From the sequence record SRR20825019_212: a stretch of 64,000 nt of DNA, one strand, 5' to 3'. The notes beneath the pieces were generated by a model. The model did no database searches, had not been told where the DNA came from, and saw nothing but the letters and a program-made list of their open reading frames with translations. Position numbers and translations under genes: made by a program. Below, piece after piece: positions 1-8,759 of the stretch. How positions within the stretch are numbered: position 1 is the stretch's first letter; each line of letters starts with the position of its first letter.

Positions 1-57
1 GGTTAGAGCGTCGGATTCATAACCCGGAGGCCGGGGGTTCAAGTCCCCCTCTCGCTA
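1..57 (+). tRNA. tRNA-Met(CAT), probably elongator; 5' end lies outside the window
   Basis: D-arm end GGTTAGAGC, anticodon loop TTCATAA (CAT at 18-20), T-arm GGGGG-TTCAAGT-CCCCC, acceptor 3' strand TCTCGCT and discriminator A. No encoded CCA. Ile2 is not fully excluded. Confidence 0.9.
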
Positions 58-58
58 C

Positions 59-90
59 AAAAAAGACCACTTTAAAAGTGGTCTTTTTTT
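59..90. terminator. Bidirectional intrinsic terminator between the tRNA and the HupE/UreJ gene
   Basis: A-run, GACCACTT-taa-AAGTGGTC hairpin, T-run; lies between convergent genes. Confidence 0.85.
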
Positions 91-154
91 GTTTTGACAG
101 TATTACTCCCCTTCCATAATTCACATTAATCTGGACATTAAACACCTGACTGAC

Positions 155-838
155 TCAATGCCCATTAAAATAGCCATAGACCTGATAAGCGAACAGACCG
201 ATACCCGCAATAATCAAATAAACATTGGATGCTTTATAAAAGGCTTCGTAGCTAGGTTTACCCTTCCAAGCCTTTATAAGAAGAATGATCGGGATTAGGG
301 CGGCTATTTGGCCCAACTCAACACCAACGTTAAAGCTAATAATCTTCAGTAAAAATTGGTCTTGGCCCATATCAAAGGTTTGCAAACGTGTGGATAGCCC
401 CAACCCGTGGATAAGTCCAAATAAAAATACCATCATCAATAAATTTGGAGCTCTGGTTCCAAGTTTTTTAAAGCCTTCCAAGTTCTCAAACCCCTTATAA
501 AGTACGCTTAATGCTATGATGGCATCAATTAGGTGTTCATTGACCTGAACCCCTAGGTACGTCCCTCCTAAAAGCGTAATGCTGTGTCCTATGGTAAAAA
601 CGGTGATAAACTTTAAAATATCCCGAAACCCTTTCAGGAAAAAGATAACCCCTACCAAAAACAGCAAGTGGTCATAACCTGTAAGCATATGCTTGGCCCC
701 TACCCAAATATAGGATAACAACCCACCGCTATCCAATATCTGCTGGTCACCTGAGCTAACATCATGAGCCAGTAACAGCATTGGAAAAAGTAACATTACC
801 AAAAGAGAGAAGCTAGCTCCTACTGGTTTTATGTACAT
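155..838 (-). CDS. HupE/UreJ family membrane protein (putative Ni/Co transporter)
   Basis: Signal peptide followed by His; motifs HMLTGYDHLLF, FTIGHSITL, FGLIHGLG, FNVGVELGQ. Confidence 0.85.
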   Translation of the reverse strand: MYIKPVGASFSLLVMLLFPMLLLAHDVSSGDQQILDSGGLLSYIWVGAKHMLTGYDHLLFLVGVIFFLKGFRDILKFITVFTIGHSITLLGGTYLGVQVNEHLIDAIIALSVLYKGFENLEGFKKLGTRAPNLLMMVFLFGLIHGLGLSTRLQTFDMGQDQFLLKIISFNVGVELGQIAALIPIILLIKAWKGKPSYEAFYKASNVYLIIAGIGLFAYQVYGYFNGH

Positions 839-1848
839 TATTTCTTCTTGCTTTTAAAGTAAAAGAAAAGGCCGGCAACAATTACCAAACTTACAAGGAG
901 AAAAATGTAAGATGAAAAACTTTCTTCTTCATGTGTGTGATGATTTTCATCTTTATCCGTCCCATGCGCTGCACTATGACCTGAACCCACGGCGAAGGTA
1001 AGCGTGGCCCAATTGGACTCGTGGGTGAGACCCTCTTCCTCCGACTGTACCATATAAATGGTTCTCATATGCCATACTCCTGCATTGGTTATTTCAAACT
1101 CTAAAATACCGGCATCATCAGTACGAAGTTGCAAACCAGAATTATGGTCATGGTCTGGGGTTTCTCCACTTTTATGCGTATGCGGGTCCCCTCCATCATG
1201 ACTATGTTCTATTGTGGTATTTTCTTCGGATTTCTCCGTACCAATAATTACCAATTGGTTGGCCAAAGGCTTCCCCTTATACAGCAATTGTACTTTTAAG
1301 GAATGCCCGGCATGAATATCATAGGGGTTTTCTTGTGGAATAAATTCAATAGGATACCCCAATGCAGTTTTCCAGTCATCAGACAATTCCTCTCCTACTT
1401 GAAAAATAGTTTTAACGTGCTTGGAGTATTTCTCAACCGCATCCTGGTCCAGAGCATTGTTCTCTTTTCTCCATTCCAACATGTCTACCACTCCATCATG
1501 TTCCAAATAATCGTTGAACGATTTTGCATCCAATGCAATATTCTTTGCTGCAGTTGAAACACCTGCTACCCAAGTACCGGGGCCACCGGTCTTAAAATTC
1601 AAAAATGTAATACTGTCCTTTTCGGTCCATTGAGCTGAATCTACTTGGATACGCTGACCATTACCTACCAAGCTCATATCGAGCATACGGTTCCTGTCTA
1701 TTACATTTTCACTTTTCTCAAAAGTGCCATTAAATAGTTGAATTGCTGCATTTGTGTTCGGGTCAAGGAAATAATTGTCCATTTTCAAGAACATATCGTG
1801 ACTACATAATAGCACGATGGCCAAAAGGCCAAAAAAAACTTTCTTCAT
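838..1848 (-). CDS. DUF4198-like exported protein with His-rich segments and C-terminal membrane anchor
   Basis: Signal peptide then SHDMFL; LGYPIEFIPQENPY, LRTDDAG, ESNWATLTF; His-rich inserts; C-terminal TM followed by KSKKK; start/stop overlap with the HupE gene. Confidence 0.7.
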   Translation of the reverse strand: MKKVFFGLLAIVLLCSHDMFLKMDNYFLDPNTNAAIQLFNGTFEKSENVIDRNRMLDMSLVGNGQRIQVDSAQWTEKDSITFLNFKTGGPGTWVAGVSTAAKNIALDAKSFNDYLEHDGVVDMLEWRKENNALDQDAVEKYSKHVKTIFQVGEELSDDWKTALGYPIEFIPQENPYDIHAGHSLKVQLLYKGKPLANQLVIIGTEKSEENTTIEHSHDGGDPHTHKSGETPDHDHNSGLQLRTDDAGILEFEITNAGVWHMRTIYMVQSEEEGLTHESNWATLTFAVGSGHSAAHGTDKDENHHTHEEESFSSYIFLLVSLVIVAGLFFYFKSKKK

Positions 1849-1989
1849 TATGATTTTGTTTGTTAAAGATCAGGTGGTGAAATCAATTTCCTACCTTGTG
1901 GTACAAATATCCGCAAATCATCTATTTTGTCCATACCCAAAATTTCAAAAACATAAAAATATCGTCCGTTTTGAAGTCTGGATAATCGG

Positions 1990-4542
1990 CTACATATTTA
2001 CAAATCGATAGAGCTCATCGGAAGCTTGTAAGAGTTTTCCTTTTAATGAAGGTTCAAGGCCTGGGTGATTTTTCAAATATTCCTCCACTATTTGATAAGC
2101 TTCTTTGGACTGATATTGCCCCACTGTAGCTGACAACCATCTTTTAGGAAAGAAAATATCACCTGTCCTTTGAATCTCCTCCAATAAGTCCAATGCCAAC
2201 GGAAGTTGTTGTATTGCGGTTTTTTGTCGTAAAGGATGGTGCAGATATCCACAAGCGGTTCCCACCCAAGATTCTTTTTCCCTGTTTTTGGTATCTCGGA
2301 ACGATTTAAAAAAGGTTTCCCTCACCGCAGCATCAGATGAAAGTGCGGGCTGTAAGAATTCAAATCGTTTTATCTTGTCTGCATTATCCAATTCGGATTT
2401 GGCTGTTTCCAGAATTTCAACAGCTTTTTTATGATCATATAAGGCCAAATCCATTGCCATATCGGTATAATCGTCCTGATTAAACTTTAGACCTGGTATT
2501 TTTATGTTTTTGCTCCAAACGGCATACAGCCTCTCCTTGGCCCTTTCAGAATATGCTAAACCTTTCCAGAGTCCAAAAATATTTTTCTTGATATTGGGCT
2601 CATATGTATCCTCGAGCAGTTCTTTCCATAGCAAGTTTTCGACCAATGGCTGCTTTTCCGCTCTTTGTTCTTCGGTAAAGTAACTCCAAAACAATTGTGA
2701 AGCTTCTCCACTGACCATTCCATGAACAAATTCGTTTTCCTCTTGTAGGATGACATCCATATATAAATCAAAAACCTCGAGAGGAGGGATTTGCCCAGAT
2801 AGAACGTTCTCATAGGCATTGAGATAGGCATATCCACGGGCGACTTCATCTTTTAGCGTTGGGATTACGTTCAATTTGGACGAATCCAAAGGAAAAATAC
2901 CATAGCCAAAGGCATTTGAGTTATAAATTATCGTCTCGGGTCGTGGAAGTCCCTCCGCTAACTTCACATTTACAATACTATCGGATATCGTGACTGGGAT
3001 TATTCTGGTGCTATCCGGATATACCAAGGTTATTTCAAAAGATTGTGGCCATAATTTATCACTTCCATCTTCTGCTTTTTGAGAAAGCGTGAAACTTGCT
3101 ATTTTCCCATTTTCATACTCAATCCCCTCAGTTATCATAGGCCTACCTGATTGATTTACCCATACTTCACTCCAATCTTTTAGGTTTATGGGCGTCCTTT
3201 CATCCAAAATCTCCACCAAATCGTTCCAAGTGGCATTTCCATAGGCATAGGCCTGAATATATTCGCGTATACCATCTCGGAAAGCCTTCTCCCCGATTGC
3301 AGCCTCTAGTTGCCGCATCATAATTGGTGCCTTGTTATATATGATGCCCCCGTAAAGACTACCAGCATTTTTTAGGTTATCCAAATGTTGCCGTATAGGG
3401 TTGGTGCCACGAGTCCTGTCCTCACCGTAGGCACCACGGTAATGGGAAATCAAAAACTGGAGTTTATGGTTGATTTCGGGAAAGGTCGGGTTCATGATCT
3501 TATCGGCCATAAAATTGGCAAACACCTCTTTCATCCACACATCGTTGAACCAATCCATGGTGACCATATCCCCAAACCACATATGGGATGTTTCATGTGC
3601 TATAAGTTTGGCACTGCCCATAAGACGGCGTTCGGTAGCACTTTCATCCAAGAAGATAGAAGATTGACGGTATTGAATAGCTCCAACATGCTCCATTCCT
3701 CCGTATTGAAACCCCGGAATGGCTGCAAAATCCAATTTCTTAAAGGGAAACTCATATTGGGTGTAATCCTTTAAAAAATCGATTGATCGCTGATGAAGGT
3801 CGAAAATCTTGGGAACACTGTAAGCAATTTTTGCTGAATCTGTTTCACGATATAGCATTGTCATATCAAACATACCTGGGTTTTCGGTAACCGATTCAAA
3901 CTTCCCTGCAACCAAAGAAAACAGATAAGTGCTCATAAAATCGCTTTCCTCAAATGAGTAATGTACCGTTTCTCCTCTTGGCTCCGCTTCCTTTAATGGT
4001 GCTCCACAAAGAACTTTCCAGTCGGCAGGTGCCATAACATCCACTACATAACGTCCCTTGATGTTGGGCTGATCAAAACAAGGGAACAATGTACTGGCAC
4101 GATCAGGTACCAAAAGGGTATATAAATAGTTTTCATTCCTGTTCAAGGACAGTTCTCCCGCATTAAAGGTAATTTCAATCGTATTGGGCCCTTCCTCAAG
4201 GTTTTTCGAAATAATAATATGTTCTTGTTGATGAACAACTTCTTGCTCTTGACCATTTACCCGAATAGTTTTTAACAATGAAGCGTCTGCATTAAAATCA
4301 AGATATATGGGTTGCGAAAGATCATGAAGGTTCACATCCAACTTTAATTTTGAGGCTATTGGACGATTTTTATCCGCCGGAATATCAAAAGAAAGTCCAT
4401 ACACCACATTGGATACTTGGCCAACTCGATACTCTGCCAGTTGCAGCGGAATACCCTCTGCCAATAAATCTTCTTTTTTTGTTGACTCACAGGAGGTTGA
4501 AATTATCAATACACTCACACAGGCCAGAATGCTTGTTTTCAT
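1990..4542 (-). CDS. M1 family zinc aminopeptidase (PepN-like), lipoprotein
   Basis: GGMEH exopeptidase motif, HETSH...E zinc motif, FPCFDQP, IYNKA; lipobox-like STSC. Confidence 0.9.
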   Translation of the reverse strand: MKTSILACVSVLIISTSCESTKKEDLLAEGIPLQLAEYRVGQVSNVVYGLSFDIPADKNRPIASKLKLDVNLHDLSQPIYLDFNADASLLKTIRVNGQEQEVVHQQEHIIISKNLEEGPNTIEITFNAGELSLNRNENYLYTLLVPDRASTLFPCFDQPNIKGRYVVDVMAPADWKVLCGAPLKEAEPRGETVHYSFEESDFMSTYLFSLVAGKFESVTENPGMFDMTMLYRETDSAKIAYSVPKIFDLHQRSIDFLKDYTQYEFPFKKLDFAAIPGFQYGGMEHVGAIQYRQSSIFLDESATERRLMGSAKLIAHETSHMWFGDMVTMDWFNDVWMKEVFANFMADKIMNPTFPEINHKLQFLISHYRGAYGEDRTRGTNPIRQHLDNLKNAGSLYGGIIYNKAPIMMRQLEAAIGEKAFRDGIREYIQAYAYGNATWNDLVEILDERTPINLKDWSEVWVNQSGRPMITEGIEYENGKIASFTLSQKAEDGSDKLWPQSFEITLVYPDSTRIIPVTISDSIVNVKLAEGLPRPETIIYNSNAFGYGIFPLDSSKLNVIPTLKDEVARGYAYLNAYENVLSGQIPPLEVFDLYMDVILQEENEFVHGMVSGEASQLFWSYFTEEQRAEKQPLVENLLWKELLEDTYEPNIKKNIFGLWKGLAYSERAKERLYAVWSKNIKIPGLKFNQDDYTDMAMDLALYDHKKAVEILETAKSELDNADKIKRFEFLQPALSSDAAVRETFFKSFRDTKNREKESWVGTACGYLHHPLRQKTAIQQLPLALDLLEEIQRTGDIFFPKRWLSATVGQYQSKEAYQIVEEYLKNHPGLEPSLKGKLLQASDELYRFVNM

Positions 4543-4621
4543 AAAAACTTGGTTGATTCGGTTCCCTTTTGCTCATCAAGGTAGCTAAAATCATCTTGAT
4601 AAAGCATTAAAAAACAAATAC

Positions 4622-5386
4622 TTAATCCCTTGCCACATAGTTGACGATATCCACTCCTGTATTCCCGGTTTTTGGGTTGTAGGCATAAACGGTGATTTGA
4701 TAATATCCAGCTTCCTTGATTCCAAAGTGGCCTTGAAAGCTGTTTTGTGCTGGATTGTCCAATTCGACCTCCCCTACACTCTCTCCGTCTTTTTTGACCA
4801 TGGCTTTCACTTCAATTAATTTGGAATCCCAAATTCCATCTACTTCTATCGGGCAACCGCACATCATAACGATATGGGCCTCTATTGGTAACCCTGAATC
4901 GGGTATAGATCCCAGATTAATATATTGATGGGTATTGGGCTTTAAAATATCCACCACAAAACCAGGTATTTCCAATACTATACCATCGCCTAAAATGTGT
5001 TTACCCGGAATCAACCAAAGTTCCGTACTGGCCTGTACGCGAGCATTTTTTTTATGGATTGGCGATAGTATTTCCACCTGCACAAAAACGGGCTCGTTGA
5101 TATCCAAAATGGCCAAAAAACCTGCGGTCTTATCATCGCTGAGTTCCGTGTAACGTTCATGGACACTCTTCATGATCAGGTCAGTGTTTCCCGTTGCACC
5201 AGTGGTATTGCCCTCGGCCATGATCTCACCGTTCAAACTGTTACGGACGATTACGTGGGCTCCTCCTATGGAACTTCCAACGAACTTGGCATCCTTTGCC
5301 TTGGCACGTACCATGAGTTTTGTCTCGGTGGCAAAACCATGTAAACAAATAAGGAGTAATGTTAGGGATAGAATTGATTTCTTCAT
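4622..5386 (-). CDS. Secreted hypothetical protein with MMCGCP motif
   Basis: 254-aa ORF with Sec signal peptide and beta-rich composition; no family recognised. Confidence 0.7.
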   Translation of the reverse strand: MKKSILSLTLLLICLHGFATETKLMVRAKAKDAKFVGSSIGGAHVIVRNSLNGEIMAEGNTTGATGNTDLIMKSVHERYTELSDDKTAGFLAILDINEPVFVQVEILSPIHKKNARVQASTELWLIPGKHILGDGIVLEIPGFVVDILKPNTHQYINLGSIPDSGLPIEAHIVMMCGCPIEVDGIWDSKLIEVKAMVKKDGESVGEVELDNPAQNSFQGHFGIKEAGYYQITVYAYNPKTGNTGVDIVNYVARD

Positions 5387-5468
5387 TTTGGTTGATTTTT
5401 CAATCCTAAAATTAAGGCTTTTAAAAAGTTCTCAGGGGCGAAATCCGTTTTTTATCCCAATTCAATTA

Positions 5469-5711
5469 CTACGAACCAACTTGTGAACGTAATTGCTTAA
5501 GTTCATCTCTGGCCGCCCGTATAAGTTGTTTTAGTTGATTGGAATCCTTTTTGGGGCAATCTTGCCCCAAATGATATTCGGAGCTTTCTATAACTCTTTG
5601 ACAATAGGAAATTTGTTCTTGCAATGGACATTTGCAGATGGTCTGGCCGTATAAATTGTCCAATTGGCGCAAGGAAGGGGTCGAGGCACTATTTTTAAAA
5701 ATCTTCAACAT
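5469..5711 (-). CDS. Small hypothetical protein (80 aa)
   Basis: Fills the gap co-directionally with its neighbours; plausible helical protein; start uncertain. Confidence 0.5.
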   Translation of the reverse strand: MLKIFKNSASTPSLRQLDNLYGQTICKCPLQEQISYCQRVIESSEYHLGQDCPKKDSNQLKQLIRAARDELKQLRSQVGS

Positions 5712-5771
5712 AAATCAAACAGATAATCTCATCACACAATACCGCAACAAAAATCAAGCCACAGTATTTTG

Positions 5772-6473
5772 CTACTCTCCCTCTACCCTCAGCATAAACC
5801 CACGGCGGCTTACGTTTACTATGCTCAGTTTGGGGTCGTGCGCCAGATGTTTACGTAAATGCGATATAAAAACGTTGAGACTTTTTTTGTTGAAATAATC
5901 ATTCTTGTCCCAAACCGTGGTCAAGATTTCTTTATGAGTACACAATTGATTTTTGTTCTTGGCCAATAATGCCAGAAGGTCAAATTCCTTTCCTGTTAAT
6001 TTGATAGGCTTCCCGTTGTGTTTGAGTTCAAAATTGTCCATGTTGAGAACGTAATCGCCAATCTCATATTCGGACACTTGAACTTCTTGTTCCTCATCCT
6101 TTACCAACCTGGCCAACAATGCATTGATACGCACAACAAGCTCTTCTTCATCTATGGGCTTTTTAAGATAGTCAACAGCACCCATTGAAAACCCTTTAAG
6201 AACATCTATTTTGAGCGACCTTGCTGTCAAAAAAATAAAGGGCAGCTCGGGATTTATTCCTTTTATCTTTTGTGACAGTTCAAATCCATCCATATCGGGG
6301 AGCATCACGTCTAATATGGCCAAGTCAAAAACATTGGTCTTGGTTTTTAGCACAGCCTCCGAAGCATCTTTGGCCCATGTCACCACAAAACCTTTCATTC
6401 CTAAATATTCCGATAATAGATACCCTAGGGAATTATCATCCTCAACCAATATCAACTTATATTTTTTATCCAT
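5772..6473 (-). CDS. OmpR/PhoB family response regulator
   Basis: LVEDD, LDVMLPDMDG, FLTA, DYLKKP receiver motifs; winged-helix C-terminus (LNVFISHLRKHL...RGFML). Confidence 0.93.
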   Translation of the reverse strand: MDKKYKLILVEDDNSLGYLLSEYLGMKGFVVTWAKDASEAVLKTKTNVFDLAILDVMLPDMDGFELSQKIKGINPELPFIFLTARSLKIDVLKGFSMGAVDYLKKPIDEEELVVRINALLARLVKDEEQEVQVSEYEIGDYVLNMDNFELKHNGKPIKLTGKEFDLLALLAKNKNQLCTHKEILTTVWDKNDYFNKKSLNVFISHLRKHLAHDPKLSIVNVSRRGFMLRVEGE

Positions 6474-7740
6474 TTTTGGTCAATTTAAAGGACATGGTAA
6501 ATGTGGTTCCTTGTCCTGGTTCGCTTTGCACCGTAATTTTTCCACGGTGCATTTTGATTATTTTTTGCACATAATACAGTCCTAAGCCGTATCCTTTTAC
6601 CTTGTGGACATCTCCATTTTTAACCCTATAATATTTTTTGAAGATTTTGGGCATATCCTCCTTGGCAATACCTTGTCCATTATCGGTGGCCCTGATGAAC
6701 AATCGTCCCTTTTGTTTGCTTGCGGTCAATTTTATTTGTGGATTGTCCGAGTACTTTTTTGCATTTTCCAATAGGTTGCCCACCACATTTTCCAGATGGA
6801 ACCTTTCGGCCCTAATAATGTATGGACCTTCTTCGAGTTCGAACTCAAACTGAATTTCTTCATGCTTGGCCAACAAACTAAAACCTTCGCAAATTCGCTC
6901 CAGTTCTGGTTTAAAATCAATCTCCTGAAACTGCAATAGTTTGTTTCCGGACTCCATGCTGGCCAGCTCCAAAACTTTATCGATATGCTTTTTGAGCCTG
7001 TTCGATTCGGCTCGAATCAATTCCACCACGGCTTTTTTATTCTCAGGCACATCTTCCTCCAAGATTTTGCTTGCCAATCCTATGGAGAAGACAGGTGTTT
7101 TTAATTCATGTGTCAGGTTATTGATAAAATCGTTCGTGGTAGTGTTGATGCTTCGTTGTAAATAAAATGATCTAAGTACCCATATTACCACTATGATTAT
7201 CATCAACAAGAATAATAGTCCAGGAACGATGAGCCCCCGTAATTGTCCCAAAAAGTACTTGTTCAAATCTTCAAAACCAATCTCCAGAATAATTTCTTTT
7301 TGGAGCAATTCTGGTAAATATCCTTTCACTTTAATTGGGTAAGTAAGGTCTTCTTGCGCTTTTATGTGAGGGCGTACGGAACTCAAATATGTTATGGAAT
7401 CGCGTGAATACAGTTTATAGGTGAAAGGGGCATCAATTCCGGAAAGGTTTAACTGGTAAGAGATATAGTCGTTTAAATAATATTGGGATGCCTTCTCTAG
7501 GCTATCCAACCCGATCCTGACCTCGGAAGTATCTTTTCTGATAGTATTTCCCAGTGTGTAGGTCAATGAGTTTACCGCTGAGAGCTCACTGTTTATATTG
7601 TCTCTGGCCTGATCCATTTTATCAGAAAATTGGACACGGGCCAAACCTAGTCCCACCCTCAGATATTGGTATTGCACCACCAACAAACCGACAACTGCGA
7701 TTATAAAAAAAATAACATAGAGGTTCCTTTTGGTCAGCAT
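6466..7740 (-). CDS. Sensor histidine kinase
   Basis: Two TM helices; H-box THELKTP, N-box NLLENAKKY, DNGQGI, GYGLGL, GTTF; overlaps the regulator start. Confidence 0.93.
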   Translation of the reverse strand: MLTKRNLYVIFFIIAVVGLLVVQYQYLRVGLGLARVQFSDKMDQARDNINSELSAVNSLTYTLGNTIRKDTSEVRIGLDSLEKASQYYLNDYISYQLNLSGIDAPFTYKLYSRDSITYLSSVRPHIKAQEDLTYPIKVKGYLPELLQKEIILEIGFEDLNKYFLGQLRGLIVPGLLFLLMIIIVVIWVLRSFYLQRSINTTTNDFINNLTHELKTPVFSIGLASKILEEDVPENKKAVVELIRAESNRLKKHIDKVLELASMESGNKLLQFQEIDFKPELERICEGFSLLAKHEEIQFEFELEEGPYIIRAERFHLENVVGNLLENAKKYSDNPQIKLTASKQKGRLFIRATDNGQGIAKEDMPKIFKKYYRVKNGDVHKVKGYGLGLYYVQKIIKMHRGKITVQSEPGQGTTFTMSFKLTKNG

Positions 7741-7782
7741 ACCGCTAAATAAACAAAAATATACCAGCTAATTACCCAATGG

Positions 7783-7828
7783 TTAACCCTATTAGTCTTT
7801 CATTAACCTTTTTGATCTTTCATTAGTC
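7783..7828. promoter_or_regulatory. Phased direct repeats (TTAACC/TTAGTC/TTGATC), putative OmpR-family binding sites
   Basis: Hexamers at 7783, 7792, 7803, 7812 and 7823 (alternating 9/11 bp spacing) just upstream of the kinase gene. Confidence 0.5.
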
Positions 7829-7859
7829 CCTGTGCTTAAACACAAGGTTTATATTAGCG

Positions 7860-7925
7860 TTGAGTTTAGTTAAAACATATAAAGTAGTAAATCTTCAAAC
7901 CGACCTGTTCTAGGTCGGTTTTTTT
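7860..7925 (+). ncRNA. Candidate small RNA
   Basis: Promoter-like TATATTAG at ~7850-7857, then ~65 nt with no long ORF, ending in a strong terminator that has no upstream + strand gene to terminate. Confidence 0.4.
7897..7925 (+). terminator. Intrinsic terminator
   Basis: AAACCGACCT-gttct-AGGTCGGTTT followed by a T-run. Confidence 0.85.
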
Positions 7926-7987
7926 ATTTTAATGCAACGGAAGCCCTATTTTCATTTTTCGGCTATGGATTAAGGTTCTATATAGTT

Positions 7988-7995
7988 TATCTTTG
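7988..7995 (+). promoter_or_regulatory. Bacteroidota -7 promoter element for the phosphatase gene
   Basis: TATCTTTG matches TAnnTTTG, 17 bp before the ATG at 8013. Confidence 0.55.
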
Positions 7996-8012
7996 GATTC
8001 CAAATTATATGG

Positions 8013-8756
8013 ATGATAAGTATTTTTCAGAAGAAAATTTACTTGGTCGATTATTTGAGCGGCCTTGTGGATATCCACAACCACATTTTACCTGGTATTG
8101 ACGATGGCGCCAAAACTGTTGGGGATTCGTTGGAGTTGATCAAAGGATTTTCCGATTTTGGGGTGACTAATTTTATATGCACGCCCCATATCATGCACAA
8201 TTACTATGACAACACCCCAAGTACAATCAAAAAGGCACATGGTAAACTTTATAATGAATTGCAAAAAAATGATGGTTTGCAAGTCAATTTGGAGTATGCC
8301 GCTGAACACATGATCGATGATAATTTTGAAAGCATACTGCATGGCAAACAAGTAATGCCTTTGGGAAAGGATTATTTGCTAGTTGAAATGTCGTATTTAC
8401 AGCCATCCTTTAATTTTGATGTGGCCGTTGACCAAATCGCCAAGCACAAATATTTTCCAATACTGGCACACCCGGAAAGGTATATGTACTATCATGGTAA
8501 ATATGGGAAGTATGCGTCCTTAAAATCTGAAGGAGTCTTGTTTCAGCTCAATCTATTGTCGTTGAGTCCCAAATCCTATGGAAAGGCTGTGCATAAAACA
8601 GCTGAGAAACTATTGAACGACGGTATGATCGATTTTGTAGGAAGCGATGTCCACAACATCAGGCAATTGATGTTGTTGAAAGAAATCAAAATATCAAAAA
8701 AGACATTAGATCATCTCTTCCCTATTATCGAAAATACAATTCAGACCTTTTATTGA
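8013..8756 (+). CDS. PHP-family protein-tyrosine phosphatase (CpsB/CapC type)
   Basis: DIHNHILPGIDDG, TPH, AHPERY, GSDVH; adjacent to a BY-kinase. Confidence 0.92.
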   Translation: MISIFQKKIYLVDYLSGLVDIHNHILPGIDDGAKTVGDSLELIKGFSDFGVTNFICTPHIMHNYYDNTPSTIKKAHGKLYNELQKNDGLQVNLEYAAEHMIDDNFESILHGKQVMPLGKDYLLVEMSYLQPSFNFDVAVDQIAKHKYFPILAHPERYMYYHGKYGKYASLKSEGVLFQLNLLSLSPKSYGKAVHKTAEKLLNDGMIDFVGSDVHNIRQLMLLKEIKISKKTLDHLFPIIENTIQTFY

Positions 8757-8759
8757 TTA

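Noticed and set aside
1-160. tRNA 3' end as a possible island integration site
   Set aside because: No integrase gene and no duplicate of the tRNA 3' end noticed in the window; the tRNA is followed directly by its terminator.
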